This document shows positions 35,987 through 45,094 of a stretch of DNA of 64,000 nt, piece by piece. Position 1 is the first letter of the stretch. Each line of letters starts with the position of its first letter. This DNA comes from Parcubacteria group bacterium. Lineage in GTDB: Bacteria > Patescibacteriota > Minisyncoccia > Moranbacterales > UBA2206. The stretch is taken from NCBI GenBank assembly GCA_041659505.1, contig JBAZYF010000002.1:51966-115965 (forward strand). The letters are read 5' to 3'. The notes below the pieces were generated by a model that had not been told where the DNA came from, ran no database searches, and saw nothing but the letters and a program-made list of their open reading frames with translations. Made by a program: the position numbers and the translations under genes.

Positions 35987-37008
35987 GAAATAATAAAATA
36001 ATTGTCATTCTTGGCCCCACCTCCTCCGGAAAATCTTCCGTTGCGATTAAACTCGCCCAGAAATTTAATGGGGAAATCATTTCGGTAGACAGCCGACAGA
36101 TTTATCGTGGGATGGATATTGGAACGGGAAAAGTCACAAAAGCGGAGCAAGCACTCGCCAAGCATCATATGCTCGACGTTGTTGGTCCAAAAACTAATTT
36201 CAGCGCAGCGCAGTTCAAAAAATATGCAGAAAAAATAATTGCCGATATTTTGAAACGCGGAAAAGTTCCCATCCTCTGTGGCGGCACCGGTTTTTGGATC
36301 AAAGCTTTGGTCGATGATGTGATTTATCCTGAAGTAAAACCGGACTGGAAACTGCGAGAAGAATTAGGTAAAAAATCTGCAGAGCAACTTTTTGTGATGC
36401 TCAAAAAACTCGATCCGGTTCGCGCGAGAAATATTGATGCTAAAAATCCTGTCCGCCTAATCCGAGCGATTGAAATCTGCAAGACATTAGGCAAGGTACC
36501 ATTACCGATACGAAACAACGAAACAAATGCGAATCTGCGAACTAATTCACAAATTCGCAATTTCGTAGATTCGGATAAATTCGCCTGCCTGCCGGTAGGC
36601 AAGGCAGATTCGCATCGGTTTCATGATTTCCTGCAAATCGGAATTTCCTTGCCCAAGAAAAAACTGCACAAAAACATTGAAAAAAGACTGAAGCAAAGAT
36701 TCGGGGAAGGGATGATTGAAGAAGTGGAAAGATTGCACAGTGAGCAAAAAATCAGCTGGAAAAAAATGGAAAGTTTCGGCCTGGGTTATCTTTGGATTGC
36801 CAAATTCTTACAAAAACAACTCCCGAAAGAGGAGCTGTTTTCCAAAGTCTATTTTTCTGAAAAAGATTATGCTAAGCGCCAGATGACGTGGTTCGGGAAA
36901 GATGAGAGAATTATTTGGCTTGAGAAGTATAGTGAGATTGAAAAAAAAGTAGAAAAGTTTATACGTGTCATTCCCGCAAAGGCGGGAATCCAGGCACCTC
37001 AGGCTTAA
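35953..37008 (+). CDS. miaA: tRNA dimethylallyltransferase
   Basis: GPTSSGKS, DSRQIYRGMDIGTGK, GGTGFW, YAKRQMTWF; start uncertain. Confidence 0.95.
   Translation: MESRSSFAGKVGNNKIIVILGPTSSGKSSVAIKLAQKFNGEIISVDSRQIYRGMDIGTGKVTKAEQALAKHHMLDVVGPKTNFSAAQFKKYAEKIIADILKRGKVPILCGGTGFWIKALVDDVIYPEVKPDWKLREELGKKSAEQLFVMLKKLDPVRARNIDAKNPVRLIRAIEICKTLGKVPLPIRNNETNANLRTNSQIRNFVDSDKFACLPVGKADSHRFHDFLQIGISLPKKKLHKNIEKRLKQRFGEGMIEEVERLHSEQKISWKKMESFGLGYLWIAKFLQKQLPKEELFSKVYFSEKDYAKRQMTWFGKDERIIWLEKYSEIEKKVEKFIRVIPAKAGIQAPQA
36584..36604. repeat. 21-nt palindromic micro-element in miaA
   Basis: CCTGCCTGCCGGTAGGCAAGG, the exact reverse complement of 34902-34922. Confidence 0.85.
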
Positions 37009-37134
37009 TATAGGGAAAAACCAACTATTAAAATTCGAGACTTACTAAAATATAGAATTGATTGCACTTGTAATTCGAATTTCTAGATTCTATTACTGAA
37101 GGAACCTGGATTCCCGCCTTCGCGGGAATGACAC
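36965..37134. mobile_element. ~170-bp MITE/REPIN-like element, copy 2 (inverted relative to copy 1; overlaps the miaA stop)
   Basis: Colinear with the reverse complement of 27097-27267 over its full length. Confidence 0.85.
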
Positions 37135-37162
37135 AGCGACAAAACAACATCAAATTTCTCGC

Positions 37163-38629
37163 TCACAACTTCTTCCGCAACAGCTCTTCCGCCACTTGCG
37201 GATTAGCTTTGCCTTTAGACACCGCCATCACTTGCCCAACTAAAAATTTCAGTGCGTTTTCTTTTCCCGCTTTGAAGTCTGCGACAGATTTTTCATTTTT
37301 TGCAAGGACTGCGTCGACGATATTTTCCAGCTCGCCTGCATCGCTCATTTGGATCAAATTTTTCGCCTCAATTATTTGCGATGGATCACCGCCAGTTGCA
37401 TACATTTCCGCCAGGACTGTTTGCGCTCCGGAAGAACTGATCTTGCCTTCGCCGATAATAGCAATCAGTTCGGCATAATTTTCCGGCGTAATTTTCAAAT
37501 TTTCTATTCCTTCGCCGTTAGTCATCAGATGCTTTCGCAACTCTCCGACAATATAGTTAGCGGAAAGTGCCAAGCATTTTTCGAGCGTAACGGAAAATTC
37601 TTTGCAATCAATTTTCTCCTTAATTTCACTAACGACATTTTCAAAATAATCTGCGAGAGCCGGATCAGTCGTAAGGACTAAAATTGCATCATCGGCGAGA
37701 GCATATTCCTCCTTGAAACGCTTCACTTTCTGATCAGGCAATTCCGACAATTTTCTTTTCAGCTCCTTTGCGTATCCTGCATCAAATTGAAATGGCGGGA
37801 TATCCGGTTCAGGAAAATAGCGATAGTCATGCGCCGATTCTTTCTTGCGTTGAGAAATTGTCATATTACGATTAGAATCCCAACCGCGGGTTTCCTGGAC
37901 AATCTTCTCGCCTTTTTCCAACGCTTCCGTCTGTCGCTGGATCTCATAAGCAATCGCTTTTTCCACAAATTTGAACGAGTTGATGTTTTTCACTTCCACT
38001 TTCGTCCCGGACAGTTTTTCTTCACCTGCTTTGTATAAAGATAAATTAACTTCGCAACGCATATGCCCCTTTTCCATATCCGCGTCCGAAATCTTGAGAT
38101 ACCGACAGATCTGTTGCAACTTCTGGCAAAACACGCGCGCCTCTTCGGCAGTTTCGATGTCCGGTTCCGTCACAAGCTCCATAAGTGGCACACCCGCGCG
38201 ATTAAAATCAACCAAAGAATAATTCACGCCTTTGGGATGAACCAATTTTCCCGTGTCTTCTTCCAAATGAATTCGTGTCACTCCGATTTTCTTCCCCAAG
38301 ACATCCAGATGCCCTGCTTCGCAAAATGGCTGGTCATATTGAGAAATTTGATAGCCCTTGGGAATATCGGGATAGAAATAGTTCTTACGGTCAAATTTAG
38401 AGTCTAATCGCAACTGACAATTCAAAGCCAACCCAGCCAATTGCACAAACTCAATCGCTTGGCGATTCGGCACAGGAAGCGTCCCGGGTTGCGCCGTGCA
38501 AACTGGACAAATGTTGATATTTGGCTCGGTTTCCAATCCGAGTCCGTTTTTGCACGTACAAAACATCTTAGATTTAGTTTTCAGTTCCACATGGATTTCC
38601 ATGCCGATGACGGGGGTGTATTTACTCAT
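37163..38629 (-). CDS. gatB: Asp/Glu-tRNA amidotransferase subunit B
   Basis: IGMEIHVEL.TKSKMFC, RKNYFYPD.PKGYQISQ, DYRYFPEPD. Confidence 0.97.
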   Translation of the reverse strand: MSKYTPVIGMEIHVELKTKSKMFCTCKNGLGLETEPNINICPVCTAQPGTLPVPNRQAIEFVQLAGLALNCQLRLDSKFDRKNYFYPDIPKGYQISQYDQPFCEAGHLDVLGKKIGVTRIHLEEDTGKLVHPKGVNYSLVDFNRAGVPLMELVTEPDIETAEEARVFCQKLQQICRYLKISDADMEKGHMRCEVNLSLYKAGEEKLSGTKVEVKNINSFKFVEKAIAYEIQRQTEALEKGEKIVQETRGWDSNRNMTISQRKKESAHDYRYFPEPDIPPFQFDAGYAKELKRKLSELPDQKVKRFKEEYALADDAILVLTTDPALADYFENVVSEIKEKIDCKEFSVTLEKCLALSANYIVGELRKHLMTNGEGIENLKITPENYAELIAIIGEGKISSSGAQTVLAEMYATGGDPSQIIEAKNLIQMSDAGELENIVDAVLAKNEKSVADFKAGKENALKFLVGQVMAVSKGKANPQVAEELLRKKL

Positions 38630-38711
38630 ATAATCAAAATTTATTACTGATCAACTTTTTTCATACTAACTGAAAACTACGGATAAATCAATTCTGGCCA
38701 AAAAGTTTCTT

Positions 38712-39212
38712 TTAATATAAAACGCTGTATTTCAAGACCACGGAGTTAGTATTGATCTTCTCAATGCTATTTAGCTTCAACTCTGCATCAAAATCACCCT
38801 TAAACAGCGAGAGTCCATCGCCAAATATTTTTGGCTCAATTGTAATCCAGATTTCATCGATTAATTTACGCTCCAAGAAAAGCCCGTTGATAAAAGCGCC
38901 ACCGCCAAGAATCGCCGACTCATATCCCAAGCCTTCCAACTCTCCAATAACCGCTTCTGGCTCGCCCTTGACCCACTTCACGCCTTCAATTGTTTTTGGG
39001 TTTTCTTCCAAAGTGAAAACCACATTCAAACGCTCTTTCAGCGGAGAAGGAAAAGTGAAAAAAGTCTTATCCCCCATGATTACAACACCGGCTTCTTTGG
39101 AAGCTTTTTGAAATAATTTTTTATCCTCTCTGCTTGTCCAATCAGGAAAATGATCGCTGGACTTGGCAATTTTGCCATCCAATGTCATCGCCATCATCAT
39201 TATTACTTTCAT
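38712..39212 (-). CDS. Dihydrofolate reductase / RibD-C family protein
   Basis: MAMTLDGKIA, VIMGDKTF, ILGGGA, IDEIWITIEP. Confidence 0.85.
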   Translation of the reverse strand: MKVIMMMAMTLDGKIAKSSDHFPDWTSREDKKLFQKASKEAGVVIMGDKTFFTFPSPLKERLNVVFTLEENPKTIEGVKWVKGEPEAVIGELEGLGYESAILGGGAFINGLFLERKLIDEIWITIEPKIFGDGLSLFKGDFDAELKLNSIEKINTNSVVLKYSVLY

Positions 39213-39236
39213 AAATAAAATTCTACTTTAAATTTG

Positions 39237-39827
39237 TTATTTATTCCAATCACTTGATCGATATCTATTCTGCTTCGAATTTGCATGCCAACTATTTACA
39301 TCACTAAGATAAATTTCCTTAAAGATTTTTTTAGCAGTATTTGTAAACAATTTCGGAGGAATCACTTTCTTTCGCCCCCCTACTTTTGATTGAAAGATTT
39401 TTTCATTAGCATCTTTTTGCTCCATCAGCTCCAAATCTATGTCTAGATTATCTGCGTCTTTGACAATTTTTGCTTCAATCGTTTCTCTTTTTTCCATTTC
39501 TTTGAACAGTTCCATGAATTCTTTTTCAAAAGTAGTCCCAGCGAGCGTGTCCTGGACTGCTTGTTCTTCATTTCTTTTGACATATTGTCGCGACATATAG
39601 TCCACATCCATCGACCGGCTTTCGGAAATATCATGGGAAAGTGCCAGTTTCATTATCCGTTCATGGTTACCCCTTTTTTCTTTCTTGGCGATGAGAAGGG
39701 CCAGCCACATTACCCGAAAGGTATGCTCCGTGTCGTTAGCTACTTTGGTCAAAAAAAACCGCTGCCAAGCCCTTTGCATAAATCTCATCCGTCCCACTTC
39801 AAACAAAAAATCGATATCCCTTTGCAT
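39237..39827 (-). CDS. HD-domain phosphohydrolase (YfbR/HDDC2-like 5'-deoxynucleotidase)
   Basis: EHTFRV, LSHDISE, KDADNLD. Confidence 0.85.
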   Translation of the reverse strand: MQRDIDFLFEVGRMRFMQRAWQRFFLTKVANDTEHTFRVMWLALLIAKKEKRGNHERIMKLALSHDISESRSMDVDYMSRQYVKRNEEQAVQDTLAGTTFEKEFMELFKEMEKRETIEAKIVKDADNLDIDLELMEQKDANEKIFQSKVGGRKKVIPPKLFTNTAKKIFKEIYLSDVNSWHANSKQNRYRSSDWNK

Positions 39828-39913
39828 TGCATTCAACTTAAAGATTATGTATAATCCATATACTAGCACATTTGGACTAGCCAGTAAACTTGTTAAATAT
39901 TTAACTTCAATAT

Positions 39914-40849
39914 ATGCCAACATTTAGTGACATTGTGCCCATGAAGCCCTTCGCGGAAAGAACGCCAGATGAGCAATATAAAAATATGCTCCGGGATGTT
40001 TTGGAAAACGGTGTAGAAGCAATTTCTCAGCAAGGCACTAACGCCCTAACCAGAATTGGCTCAATTCCGATGCGCTTTAAGCTAGAAAATGGCTTCCCAG
40101 TGATAACCGAACGCAATATGAACCCAACAATGGCCACACTCCCGGTCACAATCTGGCAACAAGCGATTGGCGAGATTTGTGGTTTCATTAACGGCGCTCG
40201 GACTGTCGAAGAATTGGAAAAATATGGTTGTTACTGGTGGGATATGTGGTGTACAGAAAAAAAATGCTCCAAGCGCGGTCTCCCCACGGGAGATTTAGGA
40301 CCAGGCTCATATGGCGCCGCATTTCATGATTTTCCTACGAGCGAAGGAACGCCTTTCAATCAATTTCAACATATCGTTGAACAAATTAAAGAAGAACCAC
40401 AACTGCGAACGCATTTTATCTCTCCCTGGATCCCGCAATACACAGGACGAGGAAAAGGCAAGACCCAAAAAGTAGTCGTTTGCCCATGCCATGGCTGGAT
40501 CAATATCCGCATTGTTAATAATAAGCTCACCCTGCACATGATGCAACGCTCAGGAGACACGCCAATTGGTGTGCCGTCTAATATGGTGCAATATGCCGCC
40601 CTCACAATGATGCTGGCTCACGTCACGGGCACTGAGGCCTATGAATATGTCCACACCATCTCTGACGCCCATATCTTTGTTGATCAAATTTTTGCGGTAG
40701 AAAAAATGCTTGAGCGCGAATCACGACCACTCCCGACAATGAAAATCAATACAGAAAAAACAAATTTATTCGATTTTCGCCGAGAAGATTTCGAACTTTC
40801 TGATTATAACCCACATCCGGGCATCAAAGGCATTCCTGTCGCGATATAA
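39914..40849 (+). CDS. thyA: Thymidylate synthase (divergent)
   Basis: DLGP..YG, CPCHG catalytic Cys, QRSGD, GVPSN, DAHIF; start may be 39941. Confidence 0.88.
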   Translation: MPTFSDIVPMKPFAERTPDEQYKNMLRDVLENGVEAISQQGTNALTRIGSIPMRFKLENGFPVITERNMNPTMATLPVTIWQQAIGEICGFINGARTVEELEKYGCYWWDMWCTEKKCSKRGLPTGDLGPGSYGAAFHDFPTSEGTPFNQFQHIVEQIKEEPQLRTHFISPWIPQYTGRGKGKTQKVVVCPCHGWINIRIVNNKLTLHMMQRSGDTPIGVPSNMVQYAALTMMLAHVTGTEAYEYVHTISDAHIFVDQIFAVEKMLERESRPLPTMKINTEKTNLFDFRREDFELSDYNPHPGIKGIPVAI

Positions 40850-40867
40850 AATATTTAAGAAAAATAT

Positions 40868-41359
40868 ATGGCCAGCAAAAAATATACGGAAAAAGAAAAA
40901 AAGGGTTACCTGGATTTCAATCATGCCAGAACCCCAGAACAGATTGAGCTGATGAAAAAAATTGTGGAAGATGGCGTTTGTCCATTTTGCCCAGAATATC
41001 TGCTTAAATATCATCCCAAGCCAATTCTCAAGGAAGGCAAGTGGTGGTATGTTTCAGAGAATATGAGCCCCTATGAAGGCACAAGAGTGCACCTCATGTT
41101 TTTCTATAAAAAACACACTAACCTCACCTCCGAAATTGACCCGGAAGCGGCCAAGGAACTTTTTGAGCTGATTGGTTGGGCAGAGAAGGAATATGAAATG
41201 GAGGGGGGCTCATTTTTCGTGCGCTTTGGCAAAAGCGAATACACTGGCGGAAGTGTCGATCACTATCATGTCCAACTGCTCGTCGGCAATGCCAAGGGAA
41301 CTGACGCAGAATATGACAAATTGAAAGTAAAATTAGGCTACAAAAAGCTCCTAAAGTAA
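40868..41359 (+). CDS. HIT-family protein, HxHxQ type
   Basis: CPFC, N..PY, SVDHYHVQ. Confidence 0.8.
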   Translation: MASKKYTEKEKKGYLDFNHARTPEQIELMKKIVEDGVCPFCPEYLLKYHPKPILKEGKWWYVSENMSPYEGTRVHLMFFYKKHTNLTSEIDPEAAKELFELIGWAEKEYEMEGGSFFVRFGKSEYTGGSVDHYHVQLLVGNAKGTDAEYDKLKVKLGYKKLLK

Positions 41360-41375
41360 ACTCGATTTTTCAAAG

Positions 41376-41399
41376 CACCCTGCCATGCAGGGTGTTTTT
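41376..41399 (+). terminator. Intrinsic terminator
   Basis: CACCCTGC-CAT-GCAGGGTG-TTTTT. Confidence 0.8.
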
Positions 41400-41401
41400 G
41401 G

Positions 41402-41430
41402 TTGACAAAAGGATGAATATCCGCTATCCT
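41402..41430 (+). promoter_or_regulatory. Sigma70-type promoter
   Basis: TTGACA-17 nt-TATCCT. Confidence 0.55.
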
Positions 41431-41590
41431 ACAGCATAAAGTTCATTAAGAAATATACGCTCAATTCGTCAATAGATTCATGTTGATTGAAGAGTTTATC
41501 ATATTTTTAGTTTGTCGGTTTTTAACCCGAGAAGGATTCAAATGTGAATCCGATTATATTGGTCAAAAACATCTACGAAGGAGACACGAC

Positions 41591-42082
41591 ATGAAGAAAG
41601 AAAATGTGCCCAAAGGAGTTGATTTATCAACGATCCGCTCAAAAAAACAACTCGCAGCAACCCTGTCGGCAGAATGCCCCTGGTGCAAGTCCGATCATGA
41701 CCAGGAAAGTCCCTTGATCATAAATCTGGGACTCGTAAAGATCAGGTACAACGTTTTTGAAAAACCCTCCAGGGATATGTTCATCATTCACACCGTCAAA
41801 CACGTTTCCAGGAGAGAATTAACAAAAGAAGAGGCCTTCCAATTGATTCAGGCAGAAATCTGGCTGCTTGACAACTGGCATTGGGAGATTCAAGGATGCA
41901 GTATTATCCATCGCGTTAATGGTCTCAACTGCAACGCAAGTTCCGTTCCGGACAAGCATTATTTTAAGATGCTCGTGGCACCAGATGGAACCGGCAGCCC
42001 TGTCTACGAAACCTTGTTCAAGGATAACTCACTGGAAGCCGTGGCTCGCCGAAAGGAAAGAGCCGAAAATTTTTTTAAATAA
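41591..42082 (+). CDS. Degenerate HIT-like protein, probable paralog of 40868
   Basis: CPWC, KHV, SSVPDKHYF; SD AAGGAG before the ATG at 41591. Confidence 0.6.
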   Translation: MKKENVPKGVDLSTIRSKKQLAATLSAECPWCKSDHDQESPLIINLGLVKIRYNVFEKPSRDMFIIHTVKHVSRRELTKEEAFQLIQAEIWLLDNWHWEIQGCSIIHRVNGLNCNASSVPDKHYFKMLVAPDGTGSPVYETLFKDNSLEAVARRKERAENFFK

Positions 42083-42112
42083 AAAACACTTACAAAAAAG
42101 CGAGGATGATCC

Positions 42113-42562
42113 ATGAAACGTGCATTTGAGATGGCAACACCGTTGGCCCTGCTGACGCGTGATGAACTCGGGTATTATCTCGGATTAAACCCCCAAAAAC
42201 TCACCGCCCTGAAACTTCTAGGCGAGGACACCGCCGAAAACATTGGTACTTTTTTTGAGGCCTTCGTCAAAGGAAACGCCGTGATAATCCAGATGCCAGG
42301 TAAAGAGGAAAGGGAGTTGTTGTCCGATTTACAATTCCACCCCGCAAGCGATCATCGCCTGGAAAGAAAAGATTTGGCGTTTTTCGATGTCATGCCCGAA
42401 GGAATTTTTTTGACCAAACAAAGCTCAGCGGTTTTCACTTTGATCTGTGAGGCAGGACGAATGTTCTGGAAGCGTGTAGACGGTGGAGAAGACAACGTAG
42501 AAGAAATAACGGAAAGTGTTGTCTTTCTATGCAAACCGGCAAAATCGGCATCAGTCCAATAA
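42113..42562 (+). CDS. Hypothetical protein
   Basis: 149-aa ORF with SD GAGGA, followed by a hairpin at about 42592-42621. Confidence 0.65.
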   Translation: MKRAFEMATPLALLTRDELGYYLGLNPQKLTALKLLGEDTAENIGTFFEAFVKGNAVIIQMPGKEERELLSDLQFHPASDHRLERKDLAFFDVMPEGIFLTKQSSAVFTLICEAGRMFWKRVDGGEDNVEEITESVVFLCKPAKSASVQ

Positions 42563-42629
42563 GCTTAACGCTATATCAATAGCAACCACCACCCCCAAGG
42601 ATACTTGGGGGCCATTTTTTTAGAAGGTT

Positions 42630-43529
42630 CTATTTTTCATACGCCACATTCCCCAAATCTTTTTCTTGTGGCAATTCCATATCAACCAAGATTATTTCCA
42701 CCCCTTTTTCTTTCAAGATGCTTTCTCCATCGAGAACTCCATAGCCGATGTTGTAATAAAGTTTTTTGATTCCGCTGTAGGCGATTGACTTGGCGCACGG
42801 CGGGCAAGGAAAGTGGGTCACATAGATGCTTGCCCCCTCAAGACTAATCCCCTGTCTGGCCGCTTCTGCAATAACTGCCGCTTCAGCGTGAATGGCCGTT
42901 GAAAGATCGAGATGCATGCCCTTATGAAAGCCACTGCGCGGATCTCCGTTCACAAATGGCATATGTTCTGACGGAACATGATGATTACAAGCAGAAAGAA
43001 TTATTTCTCCGTCTTTCACAACGACGCTACCAACTCTGCGCCACCAGTCCGAACTCTCTTTCGACGCATCATTAGCCAAAAGCATCAGTTGCTTGTCAAA
43101 CTTAGCTTGTGAAATTTTTATGTCAGGATTGACGGGAAATTCCCGCACAGTATTGTGTTTATCCCAACGTAAAAAAATTGCATCAAAAATCACTTTTTTA
43201 TCGGAAAAATATTCCTTAGCAAGGGTGCGCATAATATCCTCGTTAGGCATGATAATTTCCACTTCTTCCTTCTGGAACTGCTCTAGCTTTTTTTCGTCCA
43301 AAACTCGCACTTCGTCAAAAACCCCTAGAGACTCAACCGCTTTTTGCATCTTTTTTGGATCAAGAGCGCGAATTTCTTTGTAAAGGTAATCAAATTTTGA
43401 AATCAACTCTGACCCAAAAATATAGAGCTGGGCATCTTTATATTTTTCAAAAAAACGCAAATAACCCGCGTGAAGCACTGGGACGTAGGCGATGATTATT
43501 TTCTTTAATTTTTTATTTTCCGTGTCCAT
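42630..43529 (-). CDS. dCMP-deaminase family protein with N-terminal nucleotidyltransferase-like domain
   Basis: C-terminal HAEA and PCPPC; N-terminal 'IIAYVPVLHAGY' degenerate HxGH. Confidence 0.85.
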   Translation of the reverse strand: MDTENKKLKKIIIAYVPVLHAGYLRFFEKYKDAQLYIFGSELISKFDYLYKEIRALDPKKMQKAVESLGVFDEVRVLDEKKLEQFQKEEVEIIMPNEDIMRTLAKEYFSDKKVIFDAIFLRWDKHNTVREFPVNPDIKISQAKFDKQLMLLANDASKESSDWWRRVGSVVVKDGEIILSACNHHVPSEHMPFVNGDPRSGFHKGMHLDLSTAIHAEAAVIAEAARQGISLEGASIYVTHFPCPPCAKSIAYSGIKKLYYNIGYGVLDGESILKEKGVEIILVDMELPQEKDLGNVAYEK

Positions 43530-43541
43530 ATTTTTAGTTTA

Positions 43542-44189
43542 TTACTCTTTTGTAGGATCCTTTTTCTTTTTCTCTTCCTTGATTTCACTTAAGGACCGTT
43601 CAATTGCTTCAAGAATCCGTGGCGTCAATTTTTCCTCTAATTTCTTGGCAGTTGAAATTTGCAAGCGGCGAATTTTGGCGCTAGTGGAAGTAGTTGCTTG
43701 TGGCTCAAGCACGACTATTTTTCCACAAAATTCATTTAATTCTTCCAATTGTTTTTTATTATAAGTTTCTTGGGTGGCGATAAGAACATCCGGCTTCACC
43801 ATTTTTGTCATTTGCCACTTTGGAGCGTTATGTGGTTTCAGAACAACCAAATCGACATAGCGCAAATGCGCCACCATTTCCATTCTTTCATTTTGCGGTA
43901 CAATTGGGCGATCTGGTCCCTTTCTGATCCTAATTTTCTTATCATCATCCACTCCGACCACTAAAATATCCCCGTGCTTTTTCGCTTCCATAAAATATCT
44001 AGCGTGTCCGATATGCACCATATCCCAAGATCCCATCGTGAGAACGATTTTCATTCCTAGTCCCTTGCAATGGCTAATAGCCGCTTCCAATTCCTCGGGA
44101 TCCAAGATGCACTTACCGCCGAATAGTCCCTTGGGTTGAACGATTTTTTCCTTTTCAGTTCCCTTTTCTTTCTTTTTCATTTTACGCAT
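43542..44189 (-). CDS. Cytidylyl/adenylyltransferase (HIGH; RfaE-II/TagD-like)
   Basis: GSWDMVHIGHARY, LVVGVDDD, KGPDRPI, TSTS. Confidence 0.9.
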   Translation of the reverse strand: MRKMKKKEKGTEKEKIVQPKGLFGGKCILDPEELEAAISHCKGLGMKIVLTMGSWDMVHIGHARYFMEAKKHGDILVVGVDDDKKIRIRKGPDRPIVPQNERMEMVAHLRYVDLVVLKPHNAPKWQMTKMVKPDVLIATQETYNKKQLEELNEFCGKIVVLEPQATTSTSAKIRRLQISTAKKLEEKLTPRILEAIERSLSEIKEEKKKKDPTKE

Positions 44190-44229
44190 AGTCTCTTTGA
44201 TTAGCCGATTAATCCAGTCCCCCAGAAAA

Positions 44230-44781
44230 TTATTTCTTTAAATCTTCGATAATTTTATCCACTTGATGATATAACTCCAAAAATGTGCTTTCATTATTAA
44301 CCACGAAATCGGCATAATTTTTCAAATCTTTAATCTGTGATTCAGCTTCTTTTTCATTGTCAGCGACAAACTCCGCATAGGTTTTTTGGGCGTCATCACT
44401 GTTTTCTCTCCGCTTAGTAATGCGATGATAACGAGTGTCCAAGTCCGCTTCGATATAGACCAGCTTAAAACCCGGGAGGCTTTTGAGATATTTGATGTCT
44501 GCCATCCGGCGCACGCCATCAATCACGATCACTTGATGCACATCCGCTTCCACATCATGACAAACTACGCGAGACAAAATGTCACCGTCAAAATTATCCC
44601 GAAAAAGTGTGGAAATTTTTTGCAAATTTTCCCGACTTTCTTCCAGATGCATCCGACGCGCCACATCTCGCAACGATGTTGAAAAGCGATGCGCACTGCC
44701 GTTATGCGTCTCTGTGATATGTTTGGCTATCGTGCCTTTGCCACTGGCAATTTCTCCCGCAATACCTAAGATGATTTTCAT
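44230..44781 (-). CDS. P-loop nucleoside-monophosphate kinase-like protein
   Basis: GIAGEIASGKGT, VIDGVRR, ADFVVNNE. Confidence 0.8.
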   Translation of the reverse strand: MKIILGIAGEIASGKGTIAKHITETHNGSAHRFSTSLRDVARRMHLEESRENLQKISTLFRDNFDGDILSRVVCHDVEADVHQVIVIDGVRRMADIKYLKSLPGFKLVYIEADLDTRYHRITKRRENSDDAQKTYAEFVADNEKEAESQIKDLKNYADFVVNNESTFLELYHQVDKIIEDLKK

Positions 44782-44798
44782 GAGTTTCATTTTTTACC

Positions 44799-44978
44799 GT
44801 GTCATTCCCGCGAAGGCGGGAATCCAGGCTCCACTAGTTATAAATTACGAACAATCAAATTATGAATCCTCTAACTTCCCTTTACTAACCAGTAAATTCT
44901 GTTTTTCTTTTGCTTGAAACCTGAGGTGTCTGGATCCCTGCCTTCGCGAGCCTGCCTGCCGGTAGGCAGGGATGACAC
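44799..44978. mobile_element. MITE/REPIN-like element, copy 3, with a nested 20-nt palindrome at 44951-44970
   Basis: Same termini as copy 1 and a diverged interior; removing CCTGCCTGCCGGTAGGCAGG restores CCTTCGCGAGGATGACAC. Confidence 0.85.
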
Positions 44979-45094
44979 AAGAAAGAAAACAAGTATGTAA
45001 CTCTTCTATTTTACCCCTCTTTCCCGCTCTCGTCAAAAAAGAAAAGGCCACCGAGAACGTCCCCGATGACCCCTTTTTCAAACTTGTCAAATAC

